Positions 48,838 to 60,700 of a stretch of 64,000 nucleotides of DNA are shown piece by piece. The stretch is from Azolla caroliniana. Its lineage: Eukaryota; Plantae; Polypodiophyta. The notes under the pieces are model-generated. The model saw only the letters and a program-made list of their open reading frames with translations. It made no database searches and was not told the origin of the DNA. The stretch spans positions 2,914,001 through 2,978,000 of the forward strand of contig JBHGNT010000022.1 of the NCBI GenBank assembly GCA_043228905.1, read 5' to 3'. Made by a program: the position numbers and the translations under genes. Every line of letters begins with the position of its first letter. Within the stretch, counting starts at the first letter, position 1.

Positions 48838-50400
48838 ACTGTGTCGTGCCTTTCGGCTCCGGATCGTTGCGTGAGTCGGGTGGGAACCACAGAGGTCTTG
48901 GACTAGGAGAAAGAAGTTCGTGAGATAGAGATTAATTATGAGTAAATAGCAAAGAGAAAGATAAGAAACTCGTGAATCACACGAGTATACTATATTAATT
49001 GGTACTTAGGGTGTTAAGAGAGAAGTAGATGTATAAATCGTGAATCCCACGAATAATTTTTGTATTGATTAATACTTAATCCAAATAATCAACAACCCTT
49101 TATATATTTCTCTCCTCCTTATATAAGGAAGGAAGAGCTAAGCATGGCTTCATGCTTTTTTTCATGTCCACTAAATGTGCATGTGATGCTTTTTTATTTC
49201 CTAAGTATAGGGCTCATGCACGCTAGATGTGCATGAGTTATTTTTAGTGTCTCGTGTTTTTTTTTTTTTTTTTTTTTTCTTTTTCATATATTAAAAAAAT
49301 ACACGATTTACTTTTTAATAAAGGTATGCATAAATAAAGGTCTTATACGTATTAAATCTATATTTAAAACACTTAAGATAAGTTAATGTAATGGTAAGGT
49401 TGGGGTTTGTCAACGTGGAGGTGCAGAGTTCGAATCACGCCCTGCGCAGTAGTGAGTATTTCCTTTTCTTTTTACATTTATGTCTCTTTATCCGGCTCTT
49501 CCTTGCCGGTATGCCGTTTTCTTCCTTGCCGGTATGCCGTTTTCCTCCTTGCCGGTATGCCGTTTTCTTCCGGTTCTCACCGAGCACTCCATTCTCTATC
49601 CGGAGGGACAAAATTATAATTTCCACATAGTGTGCAACCTACACTACGACAGCGTGTAAAAGCCTCCACCTTAGAAGAGGTCAACCTCGGCTCACCTTCC
49701 GAGCCACGCATCGTTAAAATTGCCAAAGACCTGGCAACTAGCAACAGATCCGCCTTAATAGGATTACTTACAGAGTATCAGGACATGTTCACATGGTCCT
49801 ACAACAACATGAAAGGCCTAGATCCTTAGTACTACCAACACTAGATACACCTTCAAATGGACGCATGACCAATTCATCAACGACGATACCGTATGAATCC
49901 CAACTATGTGGCGAAAGTAAAAGACGAAATAGATAAATTACTACGTGTAGGATTCCTCCGACCGGTAAAAAGGGCCACATGGCTAAGTCCTATTGTGGTC
50001 GTCACAAAAAAGAATGGACAAATCCTGGTTTGTGTGAATTACCGGAAACTTAACGTTGTCACGATCACGGATGCCTTTCCACTTCCCTTCACCGACAACA
50101 TCCTCGATACGGTGGCCGGCTACGATTGTTATAGCTTCCTCGACGGTTTCAGTGGCTATAACCAAATTCGCATGCACCCGGATGATCAGGAGAAAACAAC
50201 CTTTGTAACAGAATGGGGTGTATTTGTAGTCGTGCTAATGATGTTCGGCTTGAAAACAGCCCCCGCCACATTTCAACGCATAATCTCCGAAATCTTCGAG
50301 GAACTTCATTCTAGCCTTTATGCAACTCTTCCTTGATGATTTCGTTGTTTATGGACAACACTTGGAACACCTTGCGCAATTACGATTATGCCTCAAGAGA

Positions 50401-50891
50401 GGTGGGGAGGTGTGGACATCCTGAGAGGCCGTGTCTGGACATCCAGGTGCGGAGTTCTCTAGATACTTCGAGCTGCTTGGCGAGAGGTAGAGAGTTAGGT
50501 AGATAGGGAGAAGGCTGTGGAGATGGAGAACAAGAGAAAGCTTGGTTAGAGAGAGTAGGTGAGTGAGAGTAGTTCTGTGTTGAAGGAGAGAAAGCTTGGG
50601 AATTCTTGCAAGTGTGGTGGCTTTTGCTATTGGTGATGTTTTTGTGTGGGTGCCTCGGTTCTTGTGACCTGCCCTTGTACCCTAGACTCAGAATATTTCC
50701 TACCATGCGGGGAGTTGAGGGCCACGCGTCGTGTGAACTGTTTGTACTTGGTTTTCTTGAACATCGTACCTCGTCTTTAAATAGTGAGTGGGTCTCTCTC
50801 TTCTTCTTTTTCTAATAATATTGTACGTGTACACAATAGGTAGGGTTGTTACCGTAATCGAGGCGTGATGCCCTCGGAAGATCTTATTACA
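50401..50891 (+). mobile_element. PPT plus LTR-like fragment of another family between copies C and D
   Basis: Purine tract GGTGGGGAGG followed by TG at 50411, ending ...TATTACA; non-coding and unrelated to the flanking pol. Confidence 0.45.
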
Positions 50892-50909
50892 CCTACCATT
50901 GGTTGGTAA

Positions 50910-53900
50910 ATGGTTTAGGTGGTGTCATTCCACAGTACAGTTTCAAGCGAAACCCGTTGACCCAATGCGGCAATGCTTTGTCGGCTAGTGTGCCAAGTTG
51001 AAAGGTGCCGTTGTACGTTTCGATGATCCAGAAAGGCCCTGTCCACCAGAATCGAAGCTTGCCGGGCATAGCCCCGAGTTTTGTTTGGAAAACCAGGACC
51101 GGCTGCCCGGTTTCACAAGTTTTGTCCGGTATTCGACAATGTCTATCAACAAAGGCTTTCCTTCATCTGTCTCCGTGCTCCAATTGAGCCAGACTGGCAA
51201 TTCGTTGTTCTCCGAGTTCGAGTAATTGGACCAGACGTTGGTGTTCGGATTCTGATTCCGGTAATTGTTCGGCTATTTGTACTTGCAGGCTGTGTACCTG
51301 GAATTCAATGGGCATTACGGCTTCTAATCTAAAAGCTAGCCGAAAAGGTGTTGAGCCGATACTGGTTTTAAAGGTCGTGCGATAAGCCCATAAAGCATTG
51401 TGTAATTTATCGTCCCAATCCGTGCGATTCTCATTGACGATTTTCTTAAGAATGGTTTGAAGGGTTTTATTTGTGGATTCGGCATGACCATTAGCTTGGG
51501 GGTAGTATGGGGTGCTTTTCTTGTGTACGACGGCTTAGTGGGAGGTTAATTCACGGATTATTCGATTGACGACGTGTCCTCCGTGATCACTTACTAGCTC
51601 GATTGGACAACTGAAACAACACCATAAATTTTCGTAAATGAATTTTGCGGTTGATGCTGCTGTGTTTTCTCGAAGCCCTTTTGCTTTGACCCATTTCGTA
51701 CAGTAATCGGTTGCTACTAGTACATATTTGTTTCCGGTGGGTGTGGCGGGAGGTTTAAAAGGGCCTACGAAATCCAAGCCCCATTTTTGGAATGGTTCTA
51801 GGGGAAGGATCGGCTGCTGAGGCATGCGGTCGCGCTCATTTGGTTGTCCCATTCGTTGACAAAGATCACACTGTTTACAAAAATCGTGAGCATCCTTTTT
51901 CATGGTCGGCCACCAGAGTCCACTCTGCTAGTTTTTTCGGGTTGTGGCTTTGCCTACATAATGCCCGCCCACGATTCCGTGGTGAGATTCCCGAAGTATG
52001 GTGTCTTTCTTGAATTGTCGAACCGCAGGCCTCCAGATGCCATCTGAGGCCTTGTGATATAGTGTATTCATGAATACACAAAAATTACGGCTTCGGACTG
52101 CTAACCGTTTTCAAGCGTCAAGTGGGAGGTGGTCCGGGGGAAGTTCCGTACTTAAGAATTGGGTCATTTCAGTGATCTAGGCATCATTAGGATCGGACTG
52201 GATGGGTGTTGTGTTGATGGAGAATAGGGCGGCGTCTGGCAAGTCACCGCATTCTTGGTCCAACGGTTCTCCTATTTCCAAGTGGCTAAGGTAATCTTCT
52301 ATCGCATTGTCGCGTTGCTACGCGCGTGCGTGGAGAAGGGCGGGACCACGGGGGTCTTGGACTAAGGAGTAGAGGAGAAGGAATCGGACATGGAATGGAA
52401 GCTTTGCTCAAGAAGAAGAAGAATGAACAAGAGATTAGATCGAACAAGAGGAAGATGGAGACAAGATGATCAACAAGATATATTAAAACGAAATGAACGA
52501 TTACAAAAATGGTGGCCGCATAGGCTGCACCGAACGACTACTCGAAACCCTAACCGACGAAGATGAAGATAAAGATGAAGAAACCCTAACCCTAACCCTA
52601 ACGCTCGACCTATGTGGTATACCTCACACACTCAAAATAGGCAACCCCCACAATGGTGCCTTCCCTCTCCTTTTATAGCACAAGGAGGGAAGACTGTTTA
52701 CAAAAGTGAGACTAAAATATCCCCTTTCATTCAAAGGGGATATTTGCCTTGATTTGGGGAGGGTGAGATTGATGGCCCCCTTAACTCCCACCTCCACACA
52801 AACAACTAGGTACGTATGTACCGCATAGTGCCTCTCTCTCTCTCTCGCGTGGATGTGCGCACAAGACCACATCACCTTTATACCTTAGGGATCTTATGGG
52901 GCATTTCTAGCACCATACCCTTTACCCTTATTACTATTACAAATACATTATGCACGTGTGCAACGTTGCACATCGCTCTTTGCCTCTCGTTGCTCGGGTT
53001 TCCGCTTGTGGACGAAAATCTTCACGACAGCGTGTTGAACTCCTGTTCGGTGTTGAATCTTGTAATCAAACTCCTGAAGGAGGAGCATCCATCGCGCTAA
53101 CCAACTAGTCAAAGCTTGCTTATTTACAAGGTAAAGTAGTGCCGAATGATGTACGTGGAACGTGAACTTTTGGCCGAACAGATAATGCCGAAATTTCGTA
53201 ACGCTATATACCATGCCGAGTGCTTCTCGTTCCGTGGTGGAGTAATTCCTTTCTGCTGTCGAGAGTCGGCGGTTGGCGTAGTAGACTGACGATACCAATT
53301 GGGTTGGGTTTTCTGCATTAAAGCACTACCGATCGCGATATTGGATGCATCCACGAATATGTGAAAGGGCTCCGTCCAATCCGGGGGTTGGACTACTGGG
53401 GCTTGTGACAACAGGACTTTCAATGATTGGTATGTCGTGCCTTCTCGTTCTGTCCATTGAAAAGGCACTGTATGGTCTGCTGCATGTAAAGGGGTTGCGG
53501 AATCGGCAAGGTATTGGAGCATATGACTATGCCATCATATTTGGCTCAGAAATCGGCTGAGTGCTTTGGCCGTAGGGGGGGCTGGGGCATTAAAGATGGC
53601 TTGCACTTTGTTTGGGTCCATAGTGATACCCTCTTTAAAACAATGTGACCTAATAAAGCTCCACTTGTCACTTGGAAAACACATTGGCCGGATTGAGGTT
53701 GAGTCGTGCGTGTCGACATCTCTTGAGGCATATTCGTGATGAGGCCTATCGGGCGTATTGGCCGTGTATCCACCATTCGTAACCAGAATGGACACGAATC
53801 ACATTGAGTGATGTTGATCTTGTTGCATGTCCCTTCACTAATCACATTGATGCATGACCCACCATTGATCTTTCATACGGTCTATGTTGGCATTATTGGC

Positions 53901-54458
53901 TGTATCTACCCAGTCCTTAGCCTGTTGCCGAACAGAGTCCTGGATGTCCCACTGTGATTGTTGCGTGGTCTTACTGCGTGTGGTCACCTGTTGCACGTCG
54001 ATCGTGATCATGTTTACGGCTGGTGCTTTGCCCCTATTGTTGGTGGGGCACTCGTTAGCGTATTTGCCTGGTTGATTCCAGTTAAAACAGATGGTGGGTG
54101 TCGAGGTACTAGGGTCGCCGTGCTCGAAGTGGGTTTGTGGTGGATGTTGTGGTTGATCTTCCTGGCCCTGCGGTGGATATCTTTGTGGAGGGTTTACCCG
54201 AGCTTCCATTGGGGGGTTGCGCTAGTTATTGTCACGTTGATTATCACGGTGACGATTGTTAAAGTGTCGACGGTTGCCGAAATTATGGAAACCGCGATTA
54301 TTTCAGAAGCCACGATAATTTCGTGGGGCATCGTGGCCGTAATCCCTGGAGGAGTGGTGGTGGTCCTGATGACAGTGCCAGTGCTCATTCGTGTGGTGTG
54401 GTTGATTGGGGTAGCAACAGGGCTCAATACGATATTGGTTTTCCTGATTGTAACACGT
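50910..54458 (-). mobile_element. Athila-like gag-pol fragment, copy D (RT deleted); inverted counterpart of copy A
   Basis: Gag knuckle remnant (53838-54209), RH (52948-53522), IN (51535-51903 CKQCDLCQ...WGLDFVGP); same protease/RT-end deletion junction as copy A. Confidence 0.9.
52308..53029 (-). mobile_element. Solo LTR of the Trp-primed lineage inserted in copy D
   Basis: TGTCGCG...CACGACA; 4-bp TSD GCAT/GCGT; the uninterrupted site in copy A reads atcGCGTgttg on the same strand. Confidence 0.88.
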
Positions 54459-54782
54459 TGTCGTGGAGAAAACCTTCCCAAGGAGGAACGGTGGATGGTG
54501 TGCGTGAATCAGCCCTTACACACGGGCACATGTTTGATATATTTACATACATAGTTAAGTACAGGTCGGCGATGTAATTATCCTAGGTTGCACGAATTCA
54601 TTAAGTAGGGAATCAAAGAGGATCTCTGTCTAAAAGGACAGAGAATAACAGTGATTTAGCCGTTTATAAACGACTCTCTCTCCTTGTGCTATAAAAGGAC
54701 GAAGTGTTGTCGGGCTGGGAACTGAGCTCTCTCCTCCACCATCATCGTTGTTTTTGCCGGGATTTTGGGTTAGGTTGGTTGT
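54459..54782 (+). mobile_element. Partial LTR, inverted copy of 35823-36187, cut by the element starting at 54783
   Basis: Reverse-complement similarity including the LTR/gag junction. Confidence 0.88.
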
Positions 54783-57700
54783 TGTTACCCGGCCGGCAAA
54801 GGAGTTAAAGACCAGAATGTGAAAGGGATTGTTTATTCAGAATAGATTATAATTAAGTAGTTTATGAAATGTGAACGGACGGACCGGAATCGGTATGCCG
54901 ATCCGGATCCAGACCAGTTCCGAACAGGTGCCGGTTGGCACCGTTTTGTACTCAGCACTGGTGACCTATATAAAGGCCTGGTTACAATGTAAAACTTTGA
55001 CAAATCATTAATAGACCTTCTTGTTTTATCTTTAAGTGTTGATTACTGTTCTGTGCTAATTGTTCTATCATACGCGTGTATCAAGTCTAATGCCATATTG
55101 CTAAGTAACCAATTAAGTCTGATCAATCGTTGTGTCTAAGTTATCTCGCCGTAGCACCCCTTTGGTGAAGTGTCTTCCGTAGACACCCTGTGTTAGGCCA
55201 TTGTCCAGCCCTAAGGAATAACACAATTTTTGGCGACCACGATTCCTGCACAATCGCAACGAACAACGGCGGGAATGGATGACTAGACCAACGAACGACC
55301 CGGTTAGGGAGTGAGCAAGGAGACTTGCTAAACGGCTGAGGAAGTGAGAGGCTTTCCAGCAAGCGGCGGATGAAATCAGAGTGGATCACTCATTTTCCAA
55401 GGTGATCCAGAGAGTGGTCAAGGAGTCACTTCGGTTACCACAAAACGACTCGGTCGAGGAGGAGAGGCCTCCTATACCGAAAGAGGAGCAGGAAAGACCT
55501 CTGACACTGACAGAGGAGCGGGAAAGACCTCCGACGCCCACAGAGGAGGAAAGCCCACCGACACCACCAGCCCGCGTATCGACACCAGTCGACGATATGT
55601 TGTTCCAATATCCCAGATGCCGGGATGATCTGGACGCGGAAGCCCACGTTCATGTGTTTCAGCAGACCTGGGAGGCAAACCATGTGTCCCAACGCTTAAA
55701 TGCGGCCGAAGAGGAACGCTAAAAAATGGCAGAGTTCGGCATGACCCTGGAGGGACCGGCCGCCAGATGGCACCGAACACAAGATCCCAGCACCATCCCC
55801 ACGTTTGAAGCATTAAAAACCAAATTCTTGCATTTCTTTCACAAGGAGATGGACCAACGGGAAATGGTAGGCCTATTTTACATTATCTGGCAGGAACCAA
55901 CGGAGAACATTCAACAGTTCAGCATCTGGTTCCAGCGGATACACAGTCAACTCAGCCGGGCACCACCGAAGGAAGAAACAAAGGCCATATTCTTAGCAGC
56001 ACTCCGGGAACCCTTACGAACGATGTGCACCGTCATTGATTTCTGCAGTAGCAGCATAGATAAAGTGATCGACCGAGTTCGGGAAATGGAAAAATCAAGT
56101 TCATGGCTAACCATGGGCACACTTCAACGTGCACTACCGACACATGAGGACCTCCGCTTCCGGCAAGCAATTCAATGTACGACATGCATGAATGCCGGAC
56201 ATTCGGTGTTGGAATGCACCATGCGTTGCCAATGCTTGCTCTGCCACTCCAGAAGTCACACAATGGAACGGTGTGAGTATAACTTGTTAAATCAGCAAGC
56301 ACCACCAGTCCGGCAAATTGAACCACGAAGCAACCGGGAGGAAGAAGAAGAACGTTGGCGGCGAGAGGAGTGCTACCGGCCGGCATAAGATGTCTAGTAC
56401 ATCGATCGAAGAGACACTTATGACCGGTATGACAGACAGGATAGATATCAGGACTATAGTGGACGGTACAACCGGGATCACTCCCCTGGTTACAACCAAC
56501 GACGGGACGACTATGGCAAGTATGACGACCAGCCCCGTCAAGGTCACCGAAACAAAAAGAACTTCAACAAGAAACATCATTTCAACAAAAAGGGGGGTCA
56601 TCCACAGGAACCGGAAAAGGGCGCTCCAAGCAGCCAACAGCAACCGAAAAAGGGCACTTACCACAGGACCTCAACCGGGGCCGAGCACAAACGCCGAATC
56701 CAGTAACACCCGGAAGGTGTATTGCTATTATTGCCGGCAAGAAGGCCACTATAATAACCAATGTCTGGCGAAGAGCTACGACAAGAGACCAACGATGGAC
56801 ATGGTAGACACGGAAGTTGCGGACTTACAACAAGTCGCTACAAGATCAAAAGGCAAAGCCACGGAGTGGGAAACTCAAGAAGCCATCCAGAAGCAGGCAA
56901 CCGAATGGGTGGAAAAGGCAAACAAGCGGAATGTGGTAGAGCTCGAACAACAAAAGGAGAATGCCGAAGAGCTCACCGGCATAGGCCAGCCCGAAAACCC
57001 AACATGGCAAACATGGCAAGTGTTACAAGAATGCCAAATAATGCTGCCGTTAGGCTGGCTATTGCAACTGGTACCACGCTTCACGGAAGGACGGCAACTG
57101 ACACACCACCGGCTCCGGCTTTCTTTTCAAATCCGGAGGAAGGACCGACGGTAGTAGACACGAGTAGTCCCTCAATCACAGCCATCGTGAAAGGAAAAGA
57201 GCTACCCGGCATGATTATCGATGGAGGATCCGGCGTGAACGTGATCAGCCTCCGAACGTGTAACACTCTAGGAATCCATGATTGGGAACCATGCTCGTTT
57301 TGGCTTCAGATGGCGGACTCAACCTCAGTACGGCCGACCGGATTAATATGGGATCTGGAAGTGACCATCGGGGGTCACACATTTCGCATTTCGGCAGTAG
57401 TTCTCCAGCTACAGGCTCAGGGAGCTTACCCACTATTGTTGGGATGCCCTTGGTTAAAAACAACACACATCAAGCAAAACTGGAGGAAGAATATAATTAC
57501 GATCCGGCGTGGAAAAGCGAAAGTGCGAGTACCGACTCAACCACGGTCGAGTACTAGCAAGGAATTGACGCCGCTATATGAGGAATGTGTCAACATGTTG
57601 GAAGGATTGGCGGACGAAGAGGTCGATCAATACTTACAAGAAAATCCGAAGATCGTACCGTTGTTTGAAATTGATGTAGCCGAAGCAGTATCACCGTACA

Positions 57701-60700
57701 TACTGCAACCAGACGGAACCGACGAGGAACCGGATAAAGAAGCGATCCGGGAGTTACGGCAAGCACAAGAGGCACTGGAAAGAGAAATGGCGGTGTCGCA
57801 ACACGTAAAAGCATCCCAACTAGAAGAGGTAAACCTAGGTACCACAGAGGACACAAGACTGGTTCACATCGCCAAGGAAATGACCCCGGAGAACAAAACG
57901 ACAATGATCACACTCCTAAAAGAATTTCGCGATGTGTTCGCCTGGTCCTATGAGGACATGCGGGGACTCGATCCTCAGTTGTATCAACACCAGATACATC
58001 TAAGTAAAGACGCCAAACCAGTAGCGCAACGGCGTTACCGGATGAACCTGAATTACGCAGCAAAAGTCAAAGAAGAAATCGACAAGTTGCTAAGGGTTGG
58101 CTTCATCCGACCGGTAAAGAAAGCCACATGGCTCAGTCCGATAGTCGTAGTACTGAAAAGAACGGTAAGATAAGAGTTTGTGTCGACTACCAGAAATTGA
58201 ATGCGGCTACGATAATGGACGCCTTCCCACTGCCATTCTCGAATGGAGTCTTGGATGCAGTCGCCGGTCATGAGGTGTACAGTTTTCTGGACGGTTTCAA
58301 CGACTATAATCAGATCCGGATGCACCCCGACAACCAGGAGAAAACCGCTTTTGTCACCGAATGGGGAGTCTTTGTTGCTGTAGTTATGATGTTCAGACTG
58401 AAAACGGCGTCGGCAACCTTCCAGTGGATCATCATGGAGATTTTTGGAGAATTCATTCCGGCATTCATGCAGGTGTTCCTAGAAGACTTCGTTGTTTATA
58501 GCCGGGAAGGGGATCACCTTCATCACCTCCGACTATGTCTAGAGAAATGTAGGGTTTACCGACTAAGCCTGAACCCGACAAAATGCGTGTTTGGAGTGTC
58601 CAGCGCAGCGTTACTTGGCCACATCGTGAGCAAGGATGGTATTGCAGTGGATCCGGACAAGGTCAAAGCTATTAGGCATTAAGCCGGTTCTTAGGACAAA
58701 TTCGGCGGCATAGCCGAATGCTCTGGTATCTAGCAGACCTGGCTACACCATTGCATGCCGCGGTACATCGGACACCGTTCCAATGGACAAACACAGAAGA
58801 CAAGGCTTACCGGGCAATAAAAGTACTATTGTCACAAGTGCCGTTGATGCAACCTCCGGATTGGTCTAAAGAGTTCCATGTGTTCATTGAAGCGTCTGAC
58901 ATCGCAATCGGGAGCACACTTATGCAACTTGCAGAACCGAAGTGGTACCGGCCAGTGTATTATGCCTACCGGAAGCTGTCCCAAGCAGAACATAATTATT
59001 CCACAACGGAAAGAGAGTCCTTGGGCATGATCTACAATGTCACCAAGTTTAGACACTATCTGTTGGGAAGGAAATTTTCCTTTCACGTAGATCATTCGGC
59101 GCGCCTCTACTTGGTGTCCAAAGCATCACTCACCGGTAAGTTGGCCCGGTGGACGTTACTATTACAAGAATTTGAGTTCGAGATATTCCACCGATCCGGC
59201 ATACAACATGTGGTAGCAGACTATTTGAGCTTGCTAGATTCCAGCGAAATCGATGACGGCGTCCTAGATTATTTCCCGGATGCAGAGCTGTTTAGAGTCA
59301 TAGCAGAAATGGCAACGGATGGTACGGTCATAGAGGAAGACAAGTGGCTCACCAACATGCACCAATTTTTGAGCACCGGCTTACCTCCGGAGGAGATGAA
59401 CAGAGACGAGAGGAAACGCTTAGTTGTTCAAAGCCGGCACTTCTGTCTATTACAGGACACACTGTACCACCAAGGCGCAAATGGCATATGGCGGTGTGCA
59501 GTGCACAGCGACGAAAAGGACAATATATTGCGCGAAGCACACTGCGGAGTAGCTGGAGGACATTATGCCGGAGACACTATGACAAGGAAAATATGGCAGA
59601 GTAGACTATGGTGGCCAACAACATTGAAAGATGCAGTCTGGTACGCTAAAGAATGCGACCTATGTCAGCGAATGGGCCAACCAACCGAACAAGCCAGGAT
59701 GCCTCACCAACCCGTGCTACCATTAGAACCATTTCAGAAATGGGGGCTGGACTTTGTCGGTCCATTCAAACCACCAACAATGAGAACCGACAACCGGTAC
59801 GGGATTGTCGTTACGGATTATTGCACAAAAAGCCAAAGCACTATGCGACAACACCGCGGCATCCACGACAAAATTTTTATATGAATCCATTTGGTGCCGG
59901 TATGGATGTCCGATAGAGCTAATAAGTGACCAAGGTGGGCACTTCTTAGGGCAAGTAGTGGACAGTTTGACAACATTCTATGCGGTGGTGCACAAACGGA
60001 GCACTCCCTATTATCCGCAAGCCAATGCATTAGCCGAGTCAACAAATAAAACACTACAGAACATCCTCCGAAAAATCGTCAATGAGAACCAGACGGATTG
60101 GGATACAAAGCTACACAGTGCACTCTGGGCCTATCGAACAACATATAAGACAAGTATCCGCACAACACCATTTCGCCTAGCATTCGGATTGGAGGCAGTG
60201 ATGCCGGTCAAGTTCCAGGTACCGAGCTTACGAATACAGATTCAGGAACACCTAAATGAGAAGGAATCGGAAGCGATCCGGTTAGCCGCGTTGTGCGAAT
60301 TGGAAGAACACCGGCTAGCCAGCATCATGCACCTAGAACTTGAGCAGCGGTGAAGGAAAGCGTTAGTGGATCGTCACCGAAAGCAAACGAAAAGATGTTC
60401 GGAATCGGTAAGCCGATACTAGTATTCCAGACCCGGATGGGTAAGATGTCGGGGAAGCTACGGTTTTAGTGGACCGGACCATACTAGATCACGTGTGAGT
60501 TCAACGGTTCCTACCAGTTAGGGACACTTGCCGGCGAGGTTTTGGGTAAATGGGTCAATGGGTTCCGACTCAAACCATACAATGGACCCATGCCAAGCAA
60601 CCCATTTGAACAAGTAAAGGCCGACACAGAACCAGACACTGGTAAGTCGGAAGAGACGGCAACACGTTTAGCAATCGGCAAGCGCGAAGCCGGTAAGAGG

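Larger units (their letters stand above)
43681..49651 (-). mobile_element. Young structurally bounded Ty3/gypsy element of the Trp-primed lineage, integrase absent
   Basis: LTRs 43681-44483 and 48842-49651 (TGTCGT...ACGACA; about 4 substitutions plus a poly-T length difference by eye); TSD GCGT (43677-43680 / 49652-49655); PBS 48820-48837; PPT GGAGGGGGCGAG at 44484-44495. Confidence 0.95.
43495..50400 (+). mobile_element. Athila-like RT fragment, copy C; inverted copy of B, split by the element at 43681-49651
   Basis: 43587-43680 plus 49652-50400 is the reverse complement of ~42608-43446; RT ORF 49893-50336. Confidence 0.9.

Noticed and set aside
52547-52600. AACCCTA telomere-like repeats
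   Set aside because: A few units inside a solo LTR; common in plant LTRs and not an interstitial telomere array.
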